From assembly GCA_047972985.1 (NCBI GenBank), contig JBKEBG010000115.1, positions 1 through 24,000 on the forward strand: DNA of 24,000 nt, read 5' to 3'. Under the pieces are notes generated by a model, which was given only the letters and a program-made list of their open reading frames with translations, had not been told where the DNA came from and searched no databases. Made by a program: the position numbers and the translations under genes. Position 1 is the first letter of the stretch. Every line of letters starts with the position of its first letter. Positions 7,671 through 15,240 of the stretch are shown here, piece after piece. The stretch comes from Arachnia sp. (GTDB taxonomy: Bacteria; Actinomycetota; Actinomycetes; Propionibacteriales; Propionibacteriaceae).

Positions 7671-7800
7671 CCGCGCCGCGAGCCGCGCGCTACGGTTCGT
7701 TGGTGGGAGCCCAGCCAGAACCGAGCACCTCGGCGCCAGGCTGCGCCCGCCGTGATGGGATGGAACAATCGTGGCCACAGACCATATGAGGAGTCAGACA

Positions 7801-9237
7801 GTGACAACAGCTTCAGCCGATATCGGTGTGATCGGAATGGCGGTGATGGGTTCGAACCTGGCGCGCAACTTCGCCAGCCGAGGCCACACAGTTGCCCTCT
7901 ACAACCGCACCGCCTCCCGCACCGACGACGTGATGACCGAGCACGGCGCTGAGGGCTCCTTCGTACCCGCACACGAGTTGGCTGACTTCGTCGCCTCGCT
8001 CAAGCGGCCCCGCCGGATGATCGTGATGGTTAAAGCTGGTGCCCCGACCGATGCCACCATCGATTCCCTGATCCCGCTGCTCGAGGCGGGCGACATCATC
8101 GTCGACGGTGGAAACGCCAAGTTCACCGACACCAGACGACGCGAGTCGGCGCTTCGCGAACTCGGTTTGCGTTTCGTGGGGGCGGGGATCTCAGGTGGCG
8201 AGGTGGGAGCCCTCACCGGTCCGAGCATCATGCCCGGCGGCCCGGCCGAGGCCTACGAATCACTCGGGCCGCTGCTGGAGTCGATCTCGGCTCACGTGGA
8301 CGGGGTGCCATGCTGCACCCACGTCGGGCCGGACGGCGCCGGGCACTTCGAGAAGATGGTCCACAACGGCATCGAGTACGCCGACATGCAACTGATCGGC
8401 GAGGCATTCACGCTGCCCCGCGAAGGGCTGGGCGCCACACCCCAGGAGCTGGGCGAGATTTTCGCCGAGTGGAACTCCGGCGACCTCGAGAGCTACCTCA
8501 TCGAGATCACCGCAGAGGTGCTGCGCCATACCGATCCCCGCACCGGGAAGCCATTCGTGGATGTGGTGGTGGACCAGGCGGGGATGAAGGGTACCGGCAC
8601 CTGGGCGGTGCAAAGTGCCCTCGATCTCGGGGTCCCGGTCACCGGGATCGCGGAGGCGACGTTTGCCCGGGCCCTTTCATCGGCCCTGCCCCAGCGCGAG
8701 GCGGGCACCGCGCTGCCAGGTCAGGCGGCGCCGCTGGAGATTACCGACCGCGCCGGGTTCATCGAGGACGTTCGGGCCGCGCTGTATGCCTCCAAGGTGG
8801 TGGCCTATTCGCAGGGCTTCGATCAGATCGCCGCCGCCAGCCAGGAGTACGGCTGGGACATCGACCGGGGCGCCATGGCCCGCATCTGGCGCGGCGGGTG
8901 CATCATCCGCGCCAAGTTCCTCAACCGGATCACCGAGGCATATGAGCGCAATCCCGAGCTTCCGCTACTGGTCGCAGACGACTACTTCACCGCCGCTGTC
9001 GCCGACGGCCTCGCCGCCTGGCGCAGGATCGTCGCCTTGGCCGCGAGCACCGGGATAGCAAGCCCGGCGTTCGCGTCGTCGCTGGCCTACTACGACGGGC
9101 TGCGCGCCCAGCGGCTACCTGCGGCCCTGATCCAGGGCCAGCGTGACCTGTTCGGCGCCCATACCTACCGCCGCGTTGACGCTGCGGGTACCTTCCACAC
9201 TCTGTGGAGCGGGGACATGTCCGAGGTCCAGGACTAG
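7801..9237 (+). CDS. gnd: NADP-dependent 6-phosphogluconate dehydrogenase (decarboxylating)
   Basis: ADIGVIGMAVMGSNLARNF Rossmann motif, plus GGNAKFTDTRRR, GAGISGGEVGA, HFEKMVHNGIEYADMQLI, QRDLFGAHTY. GTG 7801 sits 7 nt after GAGGAG (7788-7793). The ORF-track start at 7771 is an alternative. Confidence 0.95.
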   Translation: MTTASADIGVIGMAVMGSNLARNFASRGHTVALYNRTASRTDDVMTEHGAEGSFVPAHELADFVASLKRPRRMIVMVKAGAPTDATIDSLIPLLEAGDIIVDGGNAKFTDTRRRESALRELGLRFVGAGISGGEVGALTGPSIMPGGPAEAYESLGPLLESISAHVDGVPCCTHVGPDGAGHFEKMVHNGIEYADMQLIGEAFTLPREGLGATPQELGEIFAEWNSGDLESYLIEITAEVLRHTDPRTGKPFVDVVVDQAGMKGTGTWAVQSALDLGVPVTGIAEATFARALSSALPQREAGTALPGQAAPLEITDRAGFIEDVRAALYASKVVAYSQGFDQIAAASQEYGWDIDRGAMARIWRGGCIIRAKFLNRITEAYERNPELPLLVADDYFTAAVADGLAAWRRIVALAASTGIASPAFASSLAYYDGLRAQRLPAALIQGQRDLFGAHTYRRVDAAGTFHTLWSGDMSEVQD

Positions 9238-9251
9238 GTCCTGCCCTGCTG

Positions 9252-9292
9252 CGCCGGGCCGCCGCGCACATTTGTGTGCGGTGGGCCCGGCG
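9252..9292. terminator. GC-rich hairpin between convergent gnd and hydrolase genes (candidate bidirectional terminator, no U-tract)
   Basis: Outer stem cGCCGGGCC (9252-9260) pairs with GGCCCGGCg (9284-9292). Inner stem CGCACA (9065 numbering not used; 9265-9270) pairs with TGTGCG (9275-9280) around a TTTG loop, separated from the outer stem by a small internal loop. Confidence 0.55.
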
Positions 9293-9321
9293 GCTCTCAA
9301 CCGCCGGGCTGATCGTGTGGG

Positions 9322-10143
9322 TTAGTCGTCGCCCTGCCAGCGATTGTCCGGGCGGGTCACCCGCTCCAGGAAGTTCTGCAGCAGGACCGCGACATCGCCC
9401 GGTTCGGCGACGGTGATCTGGTGGGCAACACCGTCGATGACGTGAAGCTCGGCACCGGGGACGCGCTCGGCCACGAGTTCCACTCGATCCATCGGGGTGG
9501 ACGTGTCGTGTCCGCCGGCGATCAGCATGGTGGGGATCCGAATCTGATCGAGATCTTCCCGCACGTCGTGGACGGACAGGGCCCGGCACAGCTGGGCATA
9601 ACTGTGATCATCCGTGGCCGCCAGATCGTCCAGAATGCCCTCGACCAGTTCCCTGCGCTGCGCCCTAAACGTCGGGGTGAACCACCGCTTCATGGTGATG
9701 TCAACCAATTGGGCCGTGCCCCCAGAGGCCACGAGCTCGGCTCGTTCCAGCCACGCGGTGGGCTCGCCGATGGTGGCCGCGGACGCGATGACCACCACCC
9801 CCGACAGCTCGTCGGGGAAGTCGCGGGCCACATGGAGCGCTGTGGCACCGGACAACGACACCCCAGCGAACACGGCCGGCCGGTCGCCGTAGGTGGCCCT
9901 GACCTCCCGCAGCACAGCAATGATGGCCGACGCCACGGCGTCCAGGGTGGGTTCGGTCTCGTCCGGCCACGGCTCGGACTGAACGTGGCCGGGAAGGTCG
10001 AGGAACACCACCAGGGCCCGGTTCTCGAGCTTCTGCGCCACGCCAGTCCATTGCTGGGCAGCGTTCCCGCCAAGGCTGGGGCCGACGAGCAGGATCGGCG
10101 CGTCGCTTGCGTTCGGGTTGTGGGCGTCCCAGTGGAGTCGCAT
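9322..10143 (-). CDS. alpha/beta fold hydrolase (3-oxoadipate enol-lactonase-like)
   Basis: MRLHWDAHNPNASDAPILLVGPSLGGN.., nucleophile elbow GVSLSG, and a C-terminal DGVAHQ histidine motif. ATG 10143 is preceded by a GAGG-containing SD. The ORF-track start at 10203 is less likely. Confidence 0.85.
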   Translation of the reverse strand: MRLHWDAHNPNASDAPILLVGPSLGGNAAQQWTGVAQKLENRALVVFLDLPGHVQSEPWPDETEPTLDAVASAIIAVLREVRATYGDRPAVFAGVSLSGATALHVARDFPDELSGVVVIASAATIGEPTAWLERAELVASGGTAQLVDITMKRWFTPTFRAQRRELVEGILDDLAATDDHSYAQLCRALSVHDVREDLDQIRIPTMLIAGGHDTSTPMDRVELVAERVPGAELHVIDGVAHQITVAEPGDVAVLLQNFLERVTRPDNRWQGDD

Positions 10144-10224
10144 CAATTCTGCCTCGTTTCGTGCTTGACGAAGTAGCTGGATACCACCGAATCTACCGCC
10201 CAACTGGAGGCCACGGACACAGGG

Positions 10225-10722
10225 TCAGCGGAACTGCTTGGCGCGCTCCCCCGGCCGCTGGTCGAGCAGCTCCTTGGCCTTGGCGGAGACCTTGTGTTCG
10301 CTGAGGACCTCGTAGCTGGTGGCAACGATCTGGCGAAGCGAGTCGAAATCGCGCTTGCCGAGGGTCATCCAATACGCCAGGGCGCTGGAGACGAGCCCGA
10401 AGACGACCCCCAGCGCCAGCCCCGCCATGAGGACCAGCAACAGGTCCCCGGTGCCGCCGGAGAACAGGTACAGCATGAGCCCCACCAGGACACCCGTGCT
10501 CAAACCGCCGACAGCACCTTGCCCGAGGACGGTGCCCCAGGTCCGGCGACCGGTGACCCGCTCGACGGACTTCAGGTCAGTCCCGACGATCAGCAGGTTC
10601 TCCACCGGGAAACCGTTATCGGCCAGGTAGTCGACGGCTGCCTGGGCCTGGGGGTAGGTGTCGAAGGCGGCGACGTGGTGGGGGTAGTTCAGCGTGAACC
10701 GATCTGCGGCGATCTCCGGCAT
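10225..10722 (-). CDS. YflT-like (general stress protein 17M-like) domain membrane protein
   Basis: The N-terminal soluble domain (AAFDTYPQAQAAVDYLADNGFPVENLLIVGTDLKSVERVTGR) resembles the YflT/GSP17M domain. It is followed by glycine-zipper-like TM segments (GAVGGLSTGVLVGLMLYLF, LLLVLMAGLALGVVFGLV). ATG 10722 sits 5 nt after AAGGGAG. Confidence 0.8.
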   Translation of the reverse strand: MPEIAADRFTLNYPHHVAAFDTYPQAQAAVDYLADNGFPVENLLIVGTDLKSVERVTGRRTWGTVLGQGAVGGLSTGVLVGLMLYLFSGGTGDLLLVLMAGLALGVVFGLVSSALAYWMTLGKRDFDSLRQIVATSYEVLSEHKVSAKAKELLDQRPGERAKQFR

Positions 10723-10772
10723 GACGGCTCCCTTCACGAGACGTAGGTTCCCTCACTCTACCGCCGCACATC

Positions 10773-10802
10773 CCGGGCACGGCTACGCTCCGGGGTGCCC
10801 GG
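10773..10802 (-). terminator. hairpin downstream of the DUF2207 gene (candidate terminator)
   Basis: An 8-bp GC-rich stem, CCGGGCAC (10773-10780) pairing with GTGCCCGG (10795-10802), with a 14-nt loop. It lies in the 134-bp gap between DUF2207 and the next same-strand gene. No U-tract. Confidence 0.4.
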
Positions 10803-10856
10803 CTGAGTTCCAGAGGCTCCAACAGCGCGGGGGTGGCACTTGAGGAGCCGGAAGGC

Positions 10857-12542
10857 TCAGCGCGAGAAAAGCTCACCCTGCACAATGTGGATGAACTGGG
10901 TCAATGATGTGGGCAGGTCCTGCAGGTGCCAGGTCTCCGGGGCGTGATACCACGAGATCGTCGTCGGGTCCGGGGCAGTGTCATCGTCGTCCGCGGCCAC
11001 CAGCGCGGCAAGCCAGCGGTCCTTGTGCCCCAAGACGATCGTGTAGGGCAGGATGTGCGAGGTTTGCTGGATTTCTTTGCCTGGCGGCAGGTGATCGGTC
11101 GGCTGAGTGGCCAGCACAGCACTCAGTGCTCCCAGGCCGCTCAGAAGCTTCGAGCCCGCTGCCGTGCGCCGCGGCATCCGATCAGCCAGCCACAGCAGCC
11201 CGGCGGCCAACAGCACCACGACGATGGCCAACAAGCCGAACGAGGTGAACGCGACCAGGGCCAAGGCGACGACGGCGGCGAGGCCCATCACCAGCAGACC
11301 CCGGGTGCGCCAGCTGCTCCGAATGGAATCCGGGCGTGACTCGAACCACCCGCGAGCCACGACATCGTCGTAGAGAGCGTCTTGGATGCCCGGCAGGGCG
11401 GGGGAAAGTGTGTCGGGTAGCTCGGAGACCAATGTCTCGGCCCCATCCGGGGTGACTGCGTCCAGCAGCCGCTGCTCGAACTCGGCCAGCTCGTCGTCGG
11501 TGGAGGTGCGTGACAAGCGCCAGTCCAGCAGCTCGTGCTGAGAATGCGGGAGCTCCTCGATCCGCAAATGACCACGCACCGCAAGGTCGAGCAGGGTGGC
11601 GGTCACGTCAACCGGGTCGACGCGCTCGTCGGCGACCGTGCCAACATGGCCCGGGCGGATCCCGTCGGAGACCTCGAAAACGCTCTGCCCATCGGCCACC
11701 GGCTGGAATGACGCGACCGCAGCCACTTCACCGTCGTGGCTAAGATCGACACCGACCCGGCGGACGAGCACATACAGCGCGATCCCCCCCGCGGCGAGCG
11801 CTCCCAGTGCGATGCCCACCGTGAGCGGCGTAAGCCGGAAGGCCCGGTTCAGGCTCCACTCTTCCTCCACCACGGCGGTCGCGGCGACGGCCTCGGCGGT
11901 GACCCCCACGGTGAGGGTCACCTGCTCCCCCGCCCCCAGTGCGGAGGTCTGGAAAAGCGGCGACGGTGCGTCGTGGGTCCCAGCGACGAACAGATCGCAC
12001 CTGTCGAGGGTCCCTGGCGCTCCGGAGGTGCAATCAATGAACTCAGCCACAGCAGGCAGGCGCACCTCGCCCTCGGTCGCGTCGACCTGGACGTTGAGCC
12101 CTTGCACCGGACGCCACGAGAACACTGTCATGTCGTCTTGGGAGCGGGTGGCTCCCGTCACCTGGTAGTTCAACACTGCCTCGCTGGCACCCTTCGTCGG
12201 GATGCTGACCACGAGGTAATCACCGTCTTGCCGGGTGGTCACGTCCACTTCGGCGTCGTCAACAGTGGCCGTGACGTTGCTGATCTGGTAGGTGTAGAAG
12301 CGGTTCGAGTCGATGGGAGCCCGGGTAGCCAACCGCTGCTCCAACGTCTCCGGGGCGGTCTCGAAGCTCAGCTGCTGCGTAGCCGACAAAACGCCTGCCT
12401 TGTTCACCACTCCCGAGAAGGTCAGTAGCTCCGCTCGCCCCACATCCGCCGCAGCCGGCAGCATCGCGACGCTGGATACCACCGCCGTTAACACGAGAGC
12501 GAGCGCGATCCGCACGGACCTAGCCACGACTGAAACGCCCAC
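10857..12542 (-). CDS. DUF2207 domain-containing membrane protein
   Basis: Signal/anchor sequence (ARSVRIALALVLTAVVSSVAMLPAAAD), a roughly 230-aa extracytoplasmic domain, a TM helix (LTVGIALGALAAGGIALYVLV), a cytoplasmic region, then two more TM helices (LLVMGLAAVVALALVAFTSFGLLAIVVVLLAAGLLWL). This is the DUF2207 architecture as I recall it. GTG 12542 sits 5 nt after AAGGGGG, and GC3 is low upstream of it. ATG 12575 and 12605 are alternatives. Confidence 0.8.
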   Translation of the reverse strand: MGVSVVARSVRIALALVLTAVVSSVAMLPAAADVGRAELLTFSGVVNKAGVLSATQQLSFETAPETLEQRLATRAPIDSNRFYTYQISNVTATVDDAEVDVTTRQDGDYLVVSIPTKGASEAVLNYQVTGATRSQDDMTVFSWRPVQGLNVQVDATEGEVRLPAVAEFIDCTSGAPGTLDRCDLFVAGTHDAPSPLFQTSALGAGEQVTLTVGVTAEAVAATAVVEEEWSLNRAFRLTPLTVGIALGALAAGGIALYVLVRRVGVDLSHDGEVAAVASFQPVADGQSVFEVSDGIRPGHVGTVADERVDPVDVTATLLDLAVRGHLRIEELPHSQHELLDWRLSRTSTDDELAEFEQRLLDAVTPDGAETLVSELPDTLSPALPGIQDALYDDVVARGWFESRPDSIRSSWRTRGLLVMGLAAVVALALVAFTSFGLLAIVVVLLAAGLLWLADRMPRRTAAGSKLLSGLGALSAVLATQPTDHLPPGKEIQQTSHILPYTIVLGHKDRWLAALVAADDDDTAPDPTTISWYHAPETWHLQDLPTSLTQFIHIVQGELFSR

Positions 12543-12670
12543 CTGGGCCCCCTTGATGCGGAGTGAAACTGACATTACTGACGGTACCCTACGATGAGAC
12601 CCCATCCAGATGAGGTGGGCGGCTATTGTCAGCTACCTAAGTTTGCAAACTCAGTGGCTCTGCCCCGCGC

Positions 12671-12676
12671 TAACCT
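12671..12676 (+). promoter_or_regulatory. -10-like hexamer TAACCT, 6 nt upstream of GTG 12683 (candidate leaderless promoter of the metallopeptidase gene)
   Basis: Reads TAACCT-ggaaat-GTG. The same TAACCT hexamer recurs upstream of carD and sppA. Confidence 0.35.
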
Positions 12677-12682
12677 GGAAAT

Positions 12683-13981
12683 GTGACGTATCCCAGCACC
12701 CCAGGCAACCCTTACGGTCCGCAGCAGGGTGGCTGGAGGCCACCAGGTCCGCAGCAGCCGCCCGCCCCATGGCCCCAGCAGAGCTTCCCGCCTGCGGCAC
12801 CGCCGGGCTTTGGCCGGCCGCCACAGGGTTTCGGCCATCAGGGCTTCGGGTATCCGCAAGGGTTCGTCCAGCCTGGCTTCGGCCAGCAAGGGCCCCGCCC
12901 ACCAGGTGTGGGTCAGCAAGGGTTTGCTCAGCCGGGTTTTGGCTACGGGCCGGGGAACGGCTACGGGCAGGGGCCGCAAGGACCGCCGCCTGGCCAATGG
13001 GGCCCTGGCCCGCAACCTCGGCCGCCGCGCCAGCAGCCTCCCGTGGCGCTGGTGCTTGGGCTCGCAGTGGCGCTCGTGCTGCTTGCCTCGCTGTTCGCTT
13101 ATGCGCTCGCCACCAGTGGGAATAGCGAGGAACCCGACGATGAGGTCGTCGAGGTTGACTATCAGAACGAGGATTACGAGTTGCCCTCCAAAGACGACAC
13201 GCCGCCCGAGCTGGAGATACCCACCAGCGACGAGGCCGTCACGCTCACACAGGCGAATCCGATCTACGCCGTCAGCCTCGCGGTGCCAGTGCGCTGCTCC
13301 ACAGGGCCCGTGGGCGACGGAACCACCGTAGACGACGCCGTGTTGCAGGCTCACTTCGAGGAGTTCGTCGCATGCCTGACCCGGGTGTGGGGCCCGGCAC
13401 TCGAGGAGGCCGGCCTGATCGCCTACCAACCCACCGTCACGGTGTTTCCCGCTGGGGGCACCGTCAACACTCAGTGCGGAACGGCGGAGTCCAACAACGC
13501 CTTTTACTGCGCCGCCGATCAATCCCTGTACCTTGCCTCGGATGTCCTGGACGCGCTGCCACAGGAGCTGGCGGAGCACCGCTTCACGCTCGACCTGATT
13601 ATGGCTCACGAGTACGGCCACGCGATGCAAGGCCGCTCCGGAATCTTCGCGGGAGGGTTGATCTTGATGAACGAGGCTGACGAGAGTGAAGCCATGGAGT
13701 TGAACCGACGCTTGGAGGTACAGGCCGACTGCTTCGCCGGAACCGTGACCAACTCGCTCGCCGAATCGATGGGCTTGACCGATGACGACCGGGCCGCCTT
13801 TGGCCAGGTCACCTACGAGATCGGTGATGATCGGCTGCAGGAGCGTTTCGGCGGGGATCCGACAACCCCTGGGGATCACGGCACCGGAGAAAACCGCAAG
13901 ATGTGGGCCGAACGCGGCCTAGCCGCCGACTCTGTCGGGGCGTGCAACACGTTCGTGGCCGACCCCGAGGAAGTCAAGTAG
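12683..13981 (+). CDS. membrane-anchored putative neutral zinc metallopeptidase (YpfJ/PF04228-like)
   Basis: HEXXH motif in LIMAHEYGHAMQGRSG, with a downstream EVQADCFAG (typical of the family as I recall it). One TM helix (VALVLGLAVALVLLASLFAYALA) is preceded by a 120-aa P/G/Q-rich tail. Confidence 0.85.
   Translation: MTYPSTPGNPYGPQQGGWRPPGPQQPPAPWPQQSFPPAAPPGFGRPPQGFGHQGFGYPQGFVQPGFGQQGPRPPGVGQQGFAQPGFGYGPGNGYGQGPQGPPPGQWGPGPQPRPPRQQPPVALVLGLAVALVLLASLFAYALATSGNSEEPDDEVVEVDYQNEDYELPSKDDTPPELEIPTSDEAVTLTQANPIYAVSLAVPVRCSTGPVGDGTTVDDAVLQAHFEEFVACLTRVWGPALEEAGLIAYQPTVTVFPAGGTVNTQCGTAESNNAFYCAADQSLYLASDVLDALPQELAEHRFTLDLIMAHEYGHAMQGRSGIFAGGLILMNEADESEAMELNRRLEVQADCFAGTVTNSLAESMGLTDDDRAAFGQVTYEIGDDRLQERFGGDPTTPGDHGTGENRKMWAERGLAADSVGACNTFVADPEEVK
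12692..13042 (+). repeat. coding low-complexity region: degenerate (Q/P)GFG and PPG/PQQ repeats (N-terminal tail of the metallopeptidase)
   Basis: Residues 4-120 read ..PPGFGRPPQGFGHQGFGYPQGFVQPGFGQQGPRPPGVGQQGFAQPGFGYGPGNGYGQGPQGPPPGQWGPGPQPRPPRQQPP. At DNA level these are degenerate cagggcttcgg / cagcctggcttcgg / cagccgggttttgg units. Confidence 0.7.
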
Positions 13982-14055
13982 CGCGCAAGCGCTCCGGACA
14001 ATCTGCTGCGCTCACAGGGACTTCAGCGCCGACAGAATTGCTCAGTCACACACAC

Positions 14056-14086
14056 GTGGGGCCGGTGCATTGCGCACCGGCCCCAC
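14056..14086. terminator. perfect 13-bp GC-rich hairpin between convergent metallopeptidase and carD genes
   Basis: GTGGGGCCGGTGC (14056-14068), loop ATTGC, GCACCGGCCCCAC (14074-14086), followed on the + strand by AAAAAA (14087-14092). Confidence 0.55.
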
Positions 14087-14106
14087 AAAAAACCAAGTGT
14101 TCTGGG

Positions 14107-14592
14107 CTACGAGGCCAGCACCTCGTCGAGCATCGTCTCGGCCCGGTCCTCGGCAACATCCTCAGCCAGTGCCAGTTCGGCCACCAGGATGGAGCGAGCT
14201 TTGCTCAGCATCCGCTTCTCGCCAGCGGACAACCCCTTATCCCGATCACGGCGCCACAGGTCTCGAACCACCTCGGAGACCTTGATGACGTTTCCGGAAT
14301 GGAGTTTCTCTAGATTTGCCTTGTATCGGCGTGACCAGTTGGTCGGTTCTTCGGTATGTTCGGCACGCAAAACGTCGAACACACGTTCCAACCCATCTGC
14401 GTCGACGACATCGCGGACGCCGACCAAGTCGAGGTTGCAGGCCGGAACCCGGACGACCAGATCGTTCTGGCCAATAATCCGGAGCACCAGGTAAAGCTTG
14501 TCTTCCCCCTTGATCTTTCGGGTCTCGATGTCTTCAATGACTGCGGCTCCATGGTTGGGATAAACCACCGTCTCGCCGACCGTAAACGTCAT
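14107..14592 (-). CDS. carD: CarD family transcriptional regulator (RNA polymerase-binding)
   Basis: [65 protein letters not shown] is an unmistakable CarD/CdnL sequence, 161 aa long. The SD GAAAGGGG lies upstream of the ATG. Confidence 0.95.
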   Translation of the reverse strand: MTFTVGETVVYPNHGAAVIEDIETRKIKGEDKLYLVLRIIGQNDLVVRVPACNLDLVGVRDVVDADGLERVFDVLRAEHTEEPTNWSRRYKANLEKLHSGNVIKVSEVVRDLWRRDRDKGLSAGEKRMLSKARSILVAELALAEDVAEDRAETMLDEVLAS

Positions 14593-14616
14593 AGATCTGG
14601 CCCCTTTCCGGAGTCA

Positions 14617-14622
14617 AGGTTA
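14617..14622 (-). promoter_or_regulatory. candidate carD promoter -10 (TGG-TAACCT, extended -10-like)
   Basis: Minus strand reads gTGgTAACCTtgactccggaaaggggccagatctATG. This predicts a 5' UTR of about 20 nt that contains the SD. Confidence 0.35.
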
Positions 14623-14741
14623 CCACGCGAGGCCTCACCCGGGCCTGGTCAATCGATTGGCGGACGCCCCACGGCGGGCATCGGCTTCGTGACAGGCCAC
14701 TGGACGGTTACTATGTGGCGATCGGACCTGCAAGGAGAACG

Positions 14742-15233
14742 ATGCGCCGCTCACGCTTCGCCCAGCGACTGTTGATCGCCACCATGGCCACCCTCAGCCT
14801 GCTCGCCGTCGGTTGCACCGCCGGAGATTGGGACGCCTCGGTTCCGCCCGGCGCGGGGGTCCAAGCCGACTCCGGCCCGGTGAAGGTGCGCAATCTCCTG
14901 GTCATCAGCGACGAGGATGGCAATGCCGTCGTGTCCGGAGTGATCACCGCGAGCGAGGCTGTCACCCTCCAGGGGGTGGTGCTGGCCGCCACGAAGGTGG
15001 ACGGCACCGCGGGTGAGGGTGTGGCCGTGGACTTCTCCGCCCCCATCGCCCGCGGGAAGGCGATCGCCCTGGCCGGCCCTGAGGTAGCTTTCGTTGACCC
15101 GGAGCTGACTCCAGGCTTGCTGGCGCACGTCACCCTCGGTTTCGACGACGGCACCCGGGTACTCCTCGAGGCCCCTGTGGTCTCCGCCGAGCACGATGAC
15201 TACGCCCAGGCCTGGGCCGACGCGCAGGCCTGA
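14742..15233 (+). CDS. hypothetical secreted lipoprotein
   Basis: MRRSRFAQRLLIATMATLSLLAVGC is a signal peptide with a lipobox-like AVGC. ATG 14742 sits 4 nt after AAGGAG. The mature part is a roughly 140-aa beta-rich-looking domain with no family I can name. A TACTAT -10-like hexamer lies at 14709-14714. Confidence 0.7.
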   Translation: MRRSRFAQRLLIATMATLSLLAVGCTAGDWDASVPPGAGVQADSGPVKVRNLLVISDEDGNAVVSGVITASEAVTLQGVVLAATKVDGTAGEGVAVDFSAPIARGKAIALAGPEVAFVDPELTPGLLAHVTLGFDDGTRVLLEAPVVSAEHDDYAQAWADAQA

Positions 15234-15240
15234 TCCGAGT

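Noticed and set aside
7445-7972. Minus-strand ORFs 7445..7972 and 7482..7778 in and upstream of gnd
   Set aside because: They overlap the gnd 5' end in antisense and translate to R/S/G/P-rich sequence. Their apparent GC3 signal is shared with + strand frames. I kept only the + strand TM-like signal, and only as a low-confidence curiosity.
12629-13879. 416-aa ORF on the minus strand
   Set aside because: It is antisense to the HEXXH metallopeptidase gene. It shares that gene's third-position periodicity only as a mirror effect, has an R/G/L-rich composition, and has no motif or sensible start context.
14047-14055. Short (CA)n run (cacacacac) just upstream of the 13-bp hairpin
   Set aside because: It has only about 4.5 units, which is too short to call a microsatellite or to infer phase variation, and it is intergenic with no gene start nearby.
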